Positions 27,501-37,333 of a DNA stretch of 64,000 bases are shown here, piece after piece. The stretch is taken from NCBI GenBank assembly GCA_963817955.1, contig CAWFQK010000004.1:384001-448000 (forward strand), written 5' to 3'. The position numbers were made by a program, and so were the translations under genes. Position 1 is the first letter of the stretch. Each line of letters opens with the position of its first letter. This stretch comes from an uncultured Gemmatimonadaceae bacterium. GTDB taxonomy: Bacteria > Gemmatimonadota > Gemmatimonadetes > Gemmatimonadales > Gemmatimonadaceae. The notes below the pieces were generated by a model. That model had not been told where the DNA came from. It did not search any database and worked only from the letters and a program-made list of their open reading frames with translations.

Positions 27501-29081
27501 TTACACCCGAGCCGGTGCCGCGCTCGACGCGTTCACACGAAGCGAGCCGCCGACGAGCGTGCGCGCGTGCTCCCTCGCGGCACCGAGCATATCGTCCAAC
27601 AATGCGGGACCGTAGCGGGCCAGAAAAGGAATGTAGGACAGCTTTCGCTCCTGCCGGGCCCCATGCGGAAATAGCGCGCCGCGCGCCGTGCCCAGTTGCC
27701 GGAGGGCATCCCGCTCACGATGCTTTACGGCTGAAAGCATACGGCGCTCCAGACGGCCGAAGCGATGGTCGAGCGATTTCCGCAGACCGTCGATCACCGC
27801 GTCTGGAACAAGGCCGTCCGTTGCCGCGCGCAGCGCCTCCGCGTGATCTGCCACGTCGTGGCGAAGCGCCTGCAGCGCGCTATCTGCTTCAGCCGGCAGG
27901 TGATCGCGCGCCACACGGCGCTCGGCCGCGTGCGGATCCGCCAGGCTCTCGACCGAGAGATCGAGGGCGCTGAGCAGGTGTTGAATGCGCGGCTCTACAA
28001 TGGTCGTCGACCAACGCGGGACCACGCATGGCGCGGGAGCTCCCATCGCCGCGGCAATCGCGGATACCTGAGCGAAATACGCGATCTCGCCCGGCCCCCC
28101 GACATACGTCGCCGTGGGCAACATCCAGCGTTCGAGCACCGGCCGCAGGAGGACAGTCGCGGACAGATGTTGATGATCGTGCAGCGGACCGAGCGACGAC
28201 GCCTCGGCCAGCCGGAGCCGACGTTTGGTGCCCGCATCATTCAAGAACACGTGCGACAGCCCGGGAACCTCCTCCACCTGTGGTTTGAACCCGGCAGCGA
28301 CGAGCGCTTCGTCGCGCTGATGCACGGCTGCAGCGATTGCCTCGGCGTTCGCTGCGGCTCGTTGCATGAACCCCGCGCTCACTCGTGTCACCGCCGGGTG
28401 CGAGACGTCGAGCACCGAGATCTCGAGCGGCTCGAGAACGTTTCGCAATACCTCGACGTACGCGTCACCCACGGACACACCATCTCGATACGCATGCAGC
28501 GACGATTCGAGATACGACACGTGCGCAGCCGAGCCACAGGCTTCGCGAAGCACGTTGGCGAGCGCGGCGATCTCGCCACCGATCGGTACGCTGGCCATCG
28601 GTGTTCCTGCGGGTGCGCGTTGCTCCAGCCGGAGCTCGCACGGCCCGCCGGTGAGCGCGACGGAAGTGACGGCTGCTTCCTCGAAGTCCGCGTCGTCCGT
28701 CGCGGCCCAGAAGAGCGGCGCGACCGAAATGCCGAGCGCCTCCTGGAGCTCGTCGGCGAGGGCACGCGCGGTGATCGCTTTGGCGAGCGTCATCAGCGGA
28801 CCACCGAACAAGCCGGGCTGTTGTCCCGTGGTGATGACGAGCCCCTTCCCGCCGGCACTCCGACTTAGGCGCACCGCCGCGCGTCCGCTCGGCGCAATGG
28901 CATCGCGCAAGTCATCGCACCACGACACCGACACGCTCTGCATCACTTGGCGTGCATAGGCGTTCCAGGCATGGATGTCCGTCGGAGTGCCCGGATACCA
29001 TTGTGGGAGGCGTCCCGCCTGCGCGGCCCGCGACAGTGCCGATCCACCGAGCGACTCCGTGCGCACGATCACGTCATTCAT
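27501..29081 (-). CDS. bshC: Bacillithiol biosynthesis cysteine-adding enzyme BshC
   Basis: VITTGQQPGLFGGPL, FWAATDDADFEE, LLRP, YVGGPGEIAYFAQ, QER. Confidence 0.85.
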   Translation of the reverse strand: MNDVIVRTESLGGSALSRAAQAGRLPQWYPGTPTDIHAWNAYARQVMQSVSVSWCDDLRDAIAPSGRAAVRLSRSAGGKGLVITTGQQPGLFGGPLMTLAKAITARALADELQEALGISVAPLFWAATDDADFEEAAVTSVALTGGPCELRLEQRAPAGTPMASVPIGGEIAALANVLREACGSAAHVSYLESSLHAYRDGVSVGDAYVEVLRNVLEPLEISVLDVSHPAVTRVSAGFMQRAAANAEAIAAAVHQRDEALVAAGFKPQVEEVPGLSHVFLNDAGTKRRLRLAEASSLGPLHDHQHLSATVLLRPVLERWMLPTATYVGGPGEIAYFAQVSAIAAAMGAPAPCVVPRWSTTIVEPRIQHLLSALDLSVESLADPHAAERRVARDHLPAEADSALQALRHDVADHAEALRAATDGLVPDAVIDGLRKSLDHRFGRLERRMLSAVKHRERDALRQLGTARGALFPHGARQERKLSYIPFLARYGPALLDDMLGAAREHARTLVGGSLRVNASSAAPARV

Positions 29082-29127
29082 GCGCGCTCCTCCAAGAGAA
29101 GTGAAATCGCCTTTCGCCTATCGACAC

Positions 29128-29592
29128 TCACTTGTGATACGGCTCGCCGCGCGTGATGGTGCCCGCACGGTACAACTGCTCGGCGAGCACCAACCGCGCA
29201 AGCTCGTGCGGCAATGTCCACGAAGCCAGGGCCAGCGTGCTGGCCGCGCGCGCCTTGACGGCATCGCTCAAGCCGAACGCGCCGCCAATGACCATCGCGA
29301 CGTCGCGAGCGCGCTCACGCAGTTCCTGCAGCCAGCGGGCGAACTGTTCCGACGTCATCGTACGTCCATTCAACTCGCATGCGACAACCTGCGCGCCGGG
29401 CGGGATAGCAGCAAGCAGCCGCTCCCCTTCCCGGTCGCGGACGAGGTCCGTGGAACCGGAACGTCCCGGTTCTTCACGGACCTCGTGTACTTCGAGCGGC
29501 CAGTACCGGCCCGCACGGAGCTCATACTCGCGAATTGCACCGGACAGATTGGGGTCGCGCGGTTTCCCGACGACCGCCACGGTGAATCGCAT
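29128..29592 (-). CDS. rlmH: 23S rRNA pseudouridine-1915 methyltransferase
   Basis: IGGAFGL, TLPHELARLVLAEQLYRA, GEPYHK. Confidence 0.95.
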   Translation of the reverse strand: MRFTVAVVGKPRDPNLSGAIREYELRAGRYWPLEVHEVREEPGRSGSTDLVRDREGERLLAAIPPGAQVVACELNGRTMTSEQFARWLQELRERARDVAMVIGGAFGLSDAVKARAASTLALASWTLPHELARLVLAEQLYRAGTITRGEPYHK

Positions 29593-29599
29593 TCACGCG

Positions 29600-30907
29600 T
29601 TAGGCGTAGATACCGCGCAGGCGGTGTACCGTGGCCACGCGGCTGATCGACACCATGTAGGCCGCCGTCCGCATGTTCACCTTGTGCTGCTTCGAGAGCT
29701 GCAAGACGGCATCGAAGCTGTTCCGCATGATGTCGGTGAGCCGCTCGTTGACGACGGCTTCCGTCCAGAAATAGCCGCCGCGATCCTGCACCCACTCGAA
29801 GTAGGATACCGTCACGCCGCCGGCATTGGCGAGAATGTCGGGAATCACGAACACGCCCTTCTCGTCGAGAATGGAGTCGGCACCAGCCGTGGTCGGGCCG
29901 TTCGCACCCTCGCAAATGATCTTGGCGCGGATCTTCCCGGCGTTCCTGCTGGTGATGACGTTCTCCATCGCGGCGGGCACCAGGACGTCCACGTCCAACA
30001 CGAGCAGCTCTTCGTTGGTGATCTGATCGCCACCCGTGAAGCCTTCGAGCGTCCGCACCTGGCGAACGTGCTTGATTGCCGCCTCGATGTCGATGCCGTT
30101 CTTGTTGTAATACCCGCCGGTGCGATCGCTGATCGCCACGATCTTGGCCCCTTCGCGTTGCAGCAAGTCCGCCGCCACAGAGCCCACGTTGCCGAAGCCC
30201 TGCACGGCAATCGTCGTACCCTGGATTGGCATGCCGAGGTGCTGGAGTGCTTCCTTCGTCACAATCATGCACCCGCGACCGGTCGCTTCGCGGCGACCCA
30301 GCGAGCCGCCCATTTCGATCGGCTTACCGGTGACGACGGCGGTGACCGTGTGGCCCACACGCATGGAGTACGTGTCCATCACCCAAGCCATCACGCGCTC
30401 GTTCGTGTTCACGTCGGGCGCCGGTACATCCGAGTCCGGACCAAGCGTGGCGATGATGCCAGTGGTGTAGCGGCGCGTCAGACGTTCGAGCTCACCGGCG
30501 CTCATCTGCAGCGGATCGCAGACGACGCCACCCTTAGCGCCGCCGAACGGCAGATTGACGACGGCGCACTTCCACGTCATCCATGCCGCCAACGCCTTCA
30601 CTTCTTCCATCGTGACTTGCAGGTCGAAGCGGATGCCGCCCTTGGCGGGACCGCGCGACGTGTTGTACAACACACGATGGCCGGTGAAGACTTCCACTTC
30701 ACCGTTGTCCATCATGACCGGGATCGAAATGGTGATCTGCTTTTCAGGGTGCCGCAGGACCTTGTACAGGCCGGGCTCGAGATCAAGCAATTCCGCCGCG
30801 CGATCGAAGCGCGACATCATCGCCTCAAAAGGGTTTTCTTCGTCGAGAAAACGGTCCTTATCGGGGCGGACGATTCTATCGGTTGGGAGTCGGAGATCGA
30901 TGGCCAT
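29600..30907 (-). CDS. gdhA: Glu/Leu/Phe/Val dehydrogenase (glutamate dehydrogenase)
   Basis: [53 protein letters not shown]. Confidence 0.93.
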   Translation of the reverse strand: MAIDLRLPTDRIVRPDKDRFLDEENPFEAMMSRFDRAAELLDLEPGLYKVLRHPEKQITISIPVMMDNGEVEVFTGHRVLYNTSRGPAKGGIRFDLQVTMEEVKALAAWMTWKCAVVNLPFGGAKGGVVCDPLQMSAGELERLTRRYTTGIIATLGPDSDVPAPDVNTNERVMAWVMDTYSMRVGHTVTAVVTGKPIEMGGSLGRREATGRGCMIVTKEALQHLGMPIQGTTIAVQGFGNVGSVAADLLQREGAKIVAISDRTGGYYNKNGIDIEAAIKHVRQVRTLEGFTGGDQITNEELLVLDVDVLVPAAMENVITSRNAGKIRAKIICEGANGPTTAGADSILDEKGVFVIPDILANAGGVTVSYFEWVQDRGGYFWTEAVVNERLTDIMRNSFDAVLQLSKQHKVNMRTAAYMVSISRVATVHRLRGIYA

Positions 30908-30930
30908 GAGGAAGCGAATCGGGGCCGGCG

Positions 30931-31977
30931 TCAGCCAGCAGTTGGAGACATTGGAGAGCGCGTATTGACGAGATCGTCAAGCAGCCGCTCTAGACCGCCA
31001 ACGCCACGCTCCACGATCACTTGCTGAGAAACATACCACAACGGCGGCGCAAGGCGAGGCCAGCGCGGCCCGAGCTTTACCGCATCCTTCAGCGTGCAAA
31101 CTGCCCACTCGCCGGCAGATAGACCAACGGCCAATCCCTGGACTTCCGCATCCGTAAATGCGTGATGATCCGGAAAGACTACGGCGCGCACCTGCGCGCC
31201 ACGTTGCTCGAGTTGGCGCACAAACGACTTTGGGTCGGCGATGGCAAGCACCGCCTTCACTGGCACACCACGGAGCGCGGCCAGCGACCGCGTCTCCGTG
31301 CTGCCGTATTGCCGGAGCGACGCCGGTTCCAGCCGTACCGTCACCCGCGGGATACCTGGCGCCACCTTCGACAGCCGTTCGTTGACGGCGTCCACGGTCT
31401 GCTCCGACACGGCCTTCCGGGTCACGATGATCATCGTCGCCCGTCGGATGGCCTTCAATGGCTCGCGCCACGGGCCGGCCGGCAGCAGCCGCATGTCGGA
31501 CGTCCACCGATCGGCGCTGACCAGGACCAGATCGGCCACGCGGGCGGCGCGCCGATGCTGGAACGCATCGTCGAGCACGGCGATGTCTGCTCCCCGGCGG
31601 GCAGCTTCCGCGATGGCGGCCACGCGATCGGCCGCGGCAATCACCGGCACGCCGGGGTTTAGAGTTTCATGAACGAGTGGCTCGTCCCCGCCATACCCGC
31701 GCAGCACGATCGCCGGATGTGCCCCGCGCGCCACCAGCCCGCTCGCAATCCAGGCAGCCACCGGCGTCTTTCCGGTACCGCCGACGGTCAGATTCCCAAT
31801 GCTCACGGCCGGAATGGCGGTCGCGTGCTCCGGGAGCCACCCGGCCTCGTACAGAATGTCCCGCGCGCCGACGATGCCGCCGAACACCCGCTCCGCCGGA
31901 AGCAGCACCGCGCGCGCGACACGTGCGAAGGCATCGCCGCCGTACCACACGCGCTCGACAATGCGTTGGTCAGACAC
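30931..31977 (-). CDS. lpxK: Tetraacyldisaccharide 4'-kinase
   Basis: [44 protein letters not shown]. Confidence 0.93.
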   Translation of the reverse strand: MSDQRIVERVWYGGDAFARVARAVLLPAERVFGGIVGARDILYEAGWLPEHATAIPAVSIGNLTVGGTGKTPVAAWIASGLVARGAHPAIVLRGYGGDEPLVHETLNPGVPVIAAADRVAAIAEAARRGADIAVLDDAFQHRRAARVADLVLVSADRWTSDMRLLPAGPWREPLKAIRRATMIIVTRKAVSEQTVDAVNERLSKVAPGIPRVTVRLEPASLRQYGSTETRSLAALRGVPVKAVLAIADPKSFVRQLEQRGAQVRAVVFPDHHAFTDAEVQGLAVGLSAGEWAVCTLKDAVKLGPRWPRLAPPLWYVSQQVIVERGVGGLERLLDDLVNTRSPMSPTAG

Positions 31978-32614
31978 CCGCGCGCGTCTCGGCTTGCGTC
32001 ATGGCGGCGACGAGGGGACTGACATCCGCTGCCGCGGTCCGCGCATCTGCCGCGTCGATGTACGTGAGATCCCCGTAAGCGATGTGCACCTTCGCGAACG
32101 GTTTCGGAATCAGGAAACGATCCCAGCTCCTGAGTCGCCACGCGGACGACGACGCCGCCGCGATCGGCAATACCGGTGCGCCGCTCCGCTGGGCGATGAT
32201 CAGTGTGCCCGGCGCCACCGAGTGTGCCGGACCACGCGGTCCATCGGGCGTGATCGCCAGGTCGTTCCCGTCGCCCACCGTGCGCGCCAGTCCGAGTAAC
32301 GCACGCGCCGCGCCGCGCGACGTGGACCCGCGCACGGTGTTGTAGCCCAGACTCTTGGCCATGCGCGCGACGATCTCGCCATCCGAGTGTTCGCTGATCA
32401 GCACCGCGATGTGCTCGCGCCGATGATGATAGAGGAGCGGCAACAACTGGCCGTGCCAGAGGCAGAAGATCACGGGCTTGCCTTCCGCTCTCCGCCCACG
32501 AAGCCCCTCATCGTACGTCACGCGAATTCGCCACGTGGCGCCGAGCGCTCGGAGCAGCCATACGCCGATTCTCGAGATCCACACCACACGCCGCTGCCGC
32601 CGATCGTCACCCAT
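31970..32614 (-). CDS. DUF374 lysophospholipid acyltransferase (LpxJ-like late lipid A acyltransferase)
   Basis: LWHG, SEHSDGE, RGSTSRGA, ITPDGPRGP, SWDRFLIPKPF; sits between lpxB and lpxK. Confidence 0.8.
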   Translation of the reverse strand: MGDDRRQRRVVWISRIGVWLLRALGATWRIRVTYDEGLRGRRAEGKPVIFCLWHGQLLPLLYHHRREHIAVLISEHSDGEIVARMAKSLGYNTVRGSTSRGAARALLGLARTVGDGNDLAITPDGPRGPAHSVAPGTLIIAQRSGAPVLPIAAASSSAWRLRSWDRFLIPKPFAKVHIAYGDLTYIDAADARTAAADVSPLVAAMTQAETRAGV

Positions 32615-33734
32615 GGTGTTCTTGTTTGGCCAGTACCGTGGCCATGTCCGCGACCCGGGCAGCGGCACCGGGAGTTCCGAGAGACGCGCGAACGATGGCG
32701 AGGCCTTCCACCATGCGACGCCGCGCCTCGCTTGCCCCGTCCAACAACGGCCCCAGCGCGTCCGCTACCGCGAACGGCTGCAGCGCGCCCTGCACGAACT
32801 CCGGCGCCAGTTCCCGCCCCGCCACGACGTTCACCAGGCCGATATGCGGGATCTTCACAAGGTGGCGCGCCGCCGCATATGTGATCGCACTCGTGCGATA
32901 CGCCACGACCAGCGGACAGCCGGCGACCGAAGCCTCCAGCGTGGTCGTACCGCTCTTGCACAGCGCTGCGTCCGCGGCCCGAAACACGGTGAAGGACGCC
33001 GAGTGGACCAAGGGGTACGGGCAGCGCTCTGGACTGAGCGTGACATGCGGCGCCGCGCTCACGATCACCTTGAGCAACGGATCGCGTCGCTGCAGCTCGC
33101 GCGCGGCGCCCACGAACGCATCCAGGTGGTGATCGATCTCTTGTCCACGGCTACCCGGAAACAGCGCGAGCACGCGGTCATCAGCTGACAGGCCGAGCGT
33201 AGCGCGCGCACTGCCACGGGTGGGAAGATCGGACACGCGATCGAGCAACGGATGTCCGACGAACGTCGCGTCGATGTGATGCTGTCGCAGGAGCTTTTCC
33301 TCGAACGGCAGGATCACCGCGGCTTTCGTGACCGTGCGTGCCAGCCGCTCCAGCCGGTTGGAGCCCCAGGCCCACACCTGCGGAGTGATGTAGTACAGCA
33401 CCGGCACACCCGCTGCGGTGGCGGCGGCGGCGATCTTCATGTTGAACGTGGGGTAGTCGATCAACACGACGAGTGCGACGTCGCCGCTCCGGATGCGTCG
33501 CTTGATGTCGCGCAGCAGCGCCCAATGCATGGGGACATGCTTGATCACCTCGACGAATCCCATCACGGCGAGCCGCTCGGCGTGCTCGATGAGCTCCACG
33601 CCGGCGCCGCGCATCGCCTCGCCGCCAATTCCCGTCAACCGGAACGGCGCGCCGCGCGCGTGGAGCTCGCGCGCTACGCCGGCCGCATGTGCGTCGCCGG
33701 AGACTTCGCCGGCGACAAAGAGTATTTCACGCAC
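32607..33734 (-). CDS. lpxB: Lipid-A-disaccharide synthase
   Basis: AGEVSGD, IDYPTFN, PQVWAW, ILPFE, VGHPL, PGSR, SGTTTLE. Confidence 0.95.
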   Translation of the reverse strand: MREILFVAGEVSGDAHAAGVARELHARGAPFRLTGIGGEAMRGAGVELIEHAERLAVMGFVEVIKHVPMHWALLRDIKRRIRSGDVALVVLIDYPTFNMKIAAAATAAGVPVLYYITPQVWAWGSNRLERLARTVTKAAVILPFEEKLLRQHHIDATFVGHPLLDRVSDLPTRGSARATLGLSADDRVLALFPGSRGQEIDHHLDAFVGAARELQRRDPLLKVIVSAAPHVTLSPERCPYPLVHSASFTVFRAADAALCKSGTTTLEASVAGCPLVVAYRTSAITYAAARHLVKIPHIGLVNVVAGRELAPEFVQGALQPFAVADALGPLLDGASEARRRMVEGLAIVRASLGTPGAAARVADMATVLAKQEHHG

Positions 33735-34740
33735 GAATTGGCAGGGACGAGGATGTCCCGGCAAGACTCGGCAGCGAACGCTCGATTTCCCGCACGATAC
33801 TCAGTGCAACGGCAAGCGCCTCTCGGCCGTCCCGGCCCGTGACGGCAATGGGCGCCTCGCCCGCCACCGCATGAACGAACGCTTCGAGCTCAAGCCGGAG
33901 CGGTTCCCCCTCCGGTGCGTCAATGGCGATCCGCTCGACGTACGATTCGAGCGCCTGCGCTCCCTGCGCGTCACGCACGAGCGCCAGCAAATCGATATCG
34001 CGGCGCAGGCGGTAGAACTCGCCCGTGCCCTTGCCCAGATCGAGCGACAGGTAGCCGCTCTGCTGGAAGATCCGGAGCTTGCGCATTCGCTCGCGCGACA
34101 CCCGGCTTGCCGTGATGTTCGCAACGGCGCCCGCCTCGAAGGTAAGGCGCGCGTTCGCGATGTCCACGAATGGCGTCAACACCGGAACGCCGACGGCGGA
34201 TACCGAGCTCACGCCACCGCCAACGAACGTCCGCACGAGGTCGATGTCGTGGATCATCAGATCCAGCACGACGGCTACGTCCGAGCCGCGCGCATTGAAC
34301 GGGGCCAGCCGGTTGCTCTCGATGAACCGCGGCCCTTCCACGAATGGCAGTGCGGCGCGCACCGCGCGGTTGAACCGCTCCACGTGACCGGTCTGGATCA
34401 CCGCTCCGGTCCGGCGCGCGATCGCCAACAACGCGTCGGCTTCGTCGAGCGTGGTCGCGATGGGCTTCTCGATCAGCACGTGCAGTCCGCGCTCGAGGGC
34501 CGGCGCCGCCACCTTGAAGTGGTACGGCGTGGGCACCACGACGCTGACCGCCTGCACCTCATCCAACAGCGCGTCCAGTGACTGGAACGCCGGCACGCCG
34601 AGCTCCGCACTCACCGTGGCGGCGCGATCGGCCCTGGCGTCGTGAAAACCCACCAGCTGCGCGCCTGGCACGTCGCGCAGAATGCGCGTATGGTGAAAAC
34701 CAAGAGCCCCGGCGCCAATGACACCAATGCGAACGGGCAT
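33727..34740 (-). CDS. Gfo/Idh/MocA oxidoreductase, GnnA-like (UDP-GlcNAc 3-dehydrogenase)
   Basis: GAGALG, EKP, GHVERFN, DLMIHDID, ASRVS; position between lpxA and lpxB. Confidence 0.75.
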   Translation of the reverse strand: MPVRIGVIGAGALGFHHTRILRDVPGAQLVGFHDARADRAATVSAELGVPAFQSLDALLDEVQAVSVVVPTPYHFKVAAPALERGLHVLIEKPIATTLDEADALLAIARRTGAVIQTGHVERFNRAVRAALPFVEGPRFIESNRLAPFNARGSDVAVVLDLMIHDIDLVRTFVGGGVSSVSAVGVPVLTPFVDIANARLTFEAGAVANITASRVSRERMRKLRIFQQSGYLSLDLGKGTGEFYRLRRDIDLLALVRDAQGAQALESYVERIAIDAPEGEPLRLELEAFVHAVAGEAPIAVTGRDGREALAVALSIVREIERSLPSLAGTSSSLPIRA

Positions 34741-35516
34741 CAGATCACCGACCCGCGATCGCTGCGCTCAAAGAACGACAGGAACTCGGTGATCTCCGGA
34801 AAGTCGTGCAGCTCCGCAGCGGCTCGCTCGCGCGCTTGCGAGAGGTTCATCTCCGACTTGAAGAACAGCCGGTATGCGCGCTTGAGCTCCCGGCGCACCT
34901 CGTCCGGGAATCCGTTGCGCTCCAGTCCGACGCTGTTCAGGCCATACAGTCGGATCGGATTTCCCACGGCTTTCACATACGGCGGAACATCCTTCGCCAC
35001 GCGCGAGCAGCCGCCGATGAAGCTGTAGCGACCGATGGTCGCGAATTGATGCACCGCGACCAGGCCGGAGAGGATTGCCTTCTCGTCGATCGTGACGTGT
35101 CCCGCCAATTGAGTGCCGTTCGAGATGATGACGCCGTCACCGACGTGACAATCGTGTGCGATGTGCACGTACGACATCAGGAAGCAGTTCTTGCCGACGG
35201 TGGTCTTGAACGATTGCGTGGTACCACGATTGATGGTCGTGTACTCTCGAATCGTGGTGCCTTCGCCGACAGTCACCACCGTGCGCTCGCCCTTGAACTT
35301 GAGGTCCTGGGGCTCACCGCCGAGCACACTGCCAACGCCCACCTTCACGTTGGCGTCGAGCGTGACATATCGCTCCAGTGTGACGCGCGCGTCGAGTACG
35401 CACGAGTCGCCGACGACACAATCCGGCCCGATGATGGTGAATGGGCCGATCTGGACATCGCTGCCGATCTGGGCGGACGGATCGACGATTGCCGTTGGAT
35501 GAATGGTCGTCGTCAT
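34740..35516 (-). CDS. lpxA: Acyl-ACP--UDP-N-acetylglucosamine acyltransferase
   Basis: IHPTAIV, PQDLKF, IREYTTINRGT, HIAHDC, VHQF, DVPPY. Confidence 0.95.
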   Translation of the reverse strand: MTTTIHPTAIVDPSAQIGSDVQIGPFTIIGPDCVVGDSCVLDARVTLERYVTLDANVKVGVGSVLGGEPQDLKFKGERTVVTVGEGTTIREYTTINRGTTQSFKTTVGKNCFLMSYVHIAHDCHVGDGVIISNGTQLAGHVTIDEKAILSGLVAVHQFATIGRYSFIGGCSRVAKDVPPYVKAVGNPIRLYGLNSVGLERNGFPDEVRRELKRAYRLFFKSEMNLSQARERAAAELHDFPEITEFLSFFERSDRGSVI

Positions 35517-36787
35517 TTGTCGCGCACCACGGCACCCATCTCGGCTTCGGCAACGACCTGCCCATCGACCTTTGCCACGCCGGACATCTTCGCCATCGTG
35601 CCGCGCACCTGGAGCAGCTCCAGCTCGAAACGAATCTGATCGCCCGGTCGGACCGGTCGCCGCCACTTCACGTTGTTGAGCGACGTGAAGTACACGACCT
35701 TGTTCTCCGGATCCGGCACCGCTCCCATGAGCAGCATGCCGCCAACCTGTGCCATCGCTTCGATGATGAGCACCCCCGGCATGATCGGATGCCCGGGAAA
35801 ATGTCCCTGGAAGAATGGCTCGTTGATCGTGACGTTCTTCATACCCACGATCCGCTTGCCCTCCTCGATCTCGAGCACCCGGTCCACGAGCAGAAATGGA
35901 TACCGGTGCGGCAGGACCCGCATGATTTCTTCGATCTCGATCACTCTCGTCTCCTTCGCAATCGCTTCTGTCATCGCTTGCACCAGTCGAACGGTTCCCC
36001 GATGGCTCGGCTTGAACGCCGTCACACGGGCACGGACGCGGAGACCAGCCAGCGCCAGGTCACCCACGCAGTCCATTGCTTTGTGCCGGACGAATTCATC
36101 CGGCCAGCGGAGCGATTCTGCCCCGCCGATCACTCCATTCTCGTCGAGTACGACCGCATTGTCGAGCGACGCGCCCTGGATCAAGCCTTTCGTCCGCAGC
36201 CCATCTATTTCGTGGACGAAACCAAAGGTGCGCGCCGATGCGAGATCGCGCGCGAAGCTCTCGTTCGTGACACGATAGCAGGCTTCCTGGCGTCCAATTG
36301 CCGCGTGCGGAAAGTCGATCGTCACCGCAAGCTGGAGATCCGGCGCCGGCGTCACCTCGTATATCGATTCCCCATCCACCAGCCGGAGTGGCCGACGAAT
36401 ACTCAGATACGACACTTCGCCACCGTGCTCCGTGATCCCGGCACAGTGCAGCGCCTCCACAAATGGCATCGCACTGCCGTCCATGATCGGCGGCTCCGCT
36501 GCATCGAGCTCGATCTCCACGTCGTCCACGCCGCACCCAAGGACCGCCGCGAGCACGTGTTCCACGGTGTGCACCGACACGGGGTCTTCACCGAGTTGCG
36601 TCCGGCGCTCCGACAGGACCGCGTGCTCGGCAAGTGCCCGAATGCTAGGCGCTCCCGGGAGATCGATACGGCGGAAGGAAATCCCCGCGCCGCACGGCGC
36701 CGGCTTGAACGCCAGATGGCACGCGGCGCCAAGGTGCAACCCGATTCCCTCGAGGGATACGGGACGTGCGATGGTGCAACGATTCAT
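35513..36787 (-). CDS. lpxC: Bifunctional LpxC deacetylase / FabZ dehydratase fusion
   Basis: GIGLHLG, TVEH, PIMDGSA, RTFGF, EFVRHKAMD, then LPHRYPFLLVDR, FFQGHFP, MPGVLIIEAMAQ in one frame. Confidence 0.93.
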   Translation of the reverse strand: MNRCTIARPVSLEGIGLHLGAACHLAFKPAPCGAGISFRRIDLPGAPSIRALAEHAVLSERRTQLGEDPVSVHTVEHVLAAVLGCGVDDVEIELDAAEPPIMDGSAMPFVEALHCAGITEHGGEVSYLSIRRPLRLVDGESIYEVTPAPDLQLAVTIDFPHAAIGRQEACYRVTNESFARDLASARTFGFVHEIDGLRTKGLIQGASLDNAVVLDENGVIGGAESLRWPDEFVRHKAMDCVGDLALAGLRVRARVTAFKPSHRGTVRLVQAMTEAIAKETRVIEIEEIMRVLPHRYPFLLVDRVLEIEEGKRIVGMKNVTINEPFFQGHFPGHPIMPGVLIIEAMAQVGGMLLMGAVPDPENKVVYFTSLNNVKWRRPVRPGDQIRFELELLQVRGTMAKMSGVAKVDGQVVAEAEMGAVVRDK

Positions 36788-36996
36788 TGGGGTCGCGAAG
36801 GGTACGGCGGCCACGAGGCAGCTGAGGGGGGAGTCGGAGGGGGACGCGACGCAATATCGCTAATTCATCGCGCCGACGCAGGCCGAGGATTGGCCATTTC
36901 GAGCCGTCAATGCGCCTGATCGGGAATCGACTCGACCCCTTTTCGACACGCTCCCGCGGGCGAACCCTGTGGTCCGGGGTGGCGACGCCAGTAGCC

Positions 36997-37227
36997 CGTA
37001 GTGTGGCAAATTGCAAACGTAGGCCGGCTGATCGCCCCCGTAGGGCGGCTGATCGCGGCCGTAGGCCGACTGATCGACCTGTCATGACGCAGAACGACAC
37101 AAATATTCGCTCGGAGCACGCCCATAGGGCATCTGAACGCCTCCGTTATCGAACAAATCGTCGGCGTGGAGCGGCTGATCGTGGTGGGGGTTGGCCTGTT
37201 CGGCCCCGTAAGGCGCCTGAGCAGGGT
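36997..37227. repeat. Degenerate 21-bp-period tandem array
   Basis: Clear units CGTAGGCCGGCTGATCGCCCC, CGTAGGGCGGCTGATCGCGGC and CGTAGGCCGACTGATCGACCT at 37018-37080; in-phase degenerate units at 36997, 37123, 37165 and 37207. Confidence 0.7.
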
Positions 37228-37333
37228 CGGTATGTTGCAAAACGCCAAAAGTACGCGGCGAATCGACCGGGAAGGGCAACTGTACGAGCAGGTAGAGCAG
37301 GTAGGCCAGGTGAGCGCGTGTCTACGTGCAGTG

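Noticed and set aside
29153..31027. 624-aa plus-strand ORF
   Set aside because: Antisense shadow of gdhA/rlmH, typical of GC-rich coding DNA; no motifs.
36997..37227. CRISPR array
   Set aside because: Units are contiguous and degenerate with no unique spacers; no cas genes in the window.
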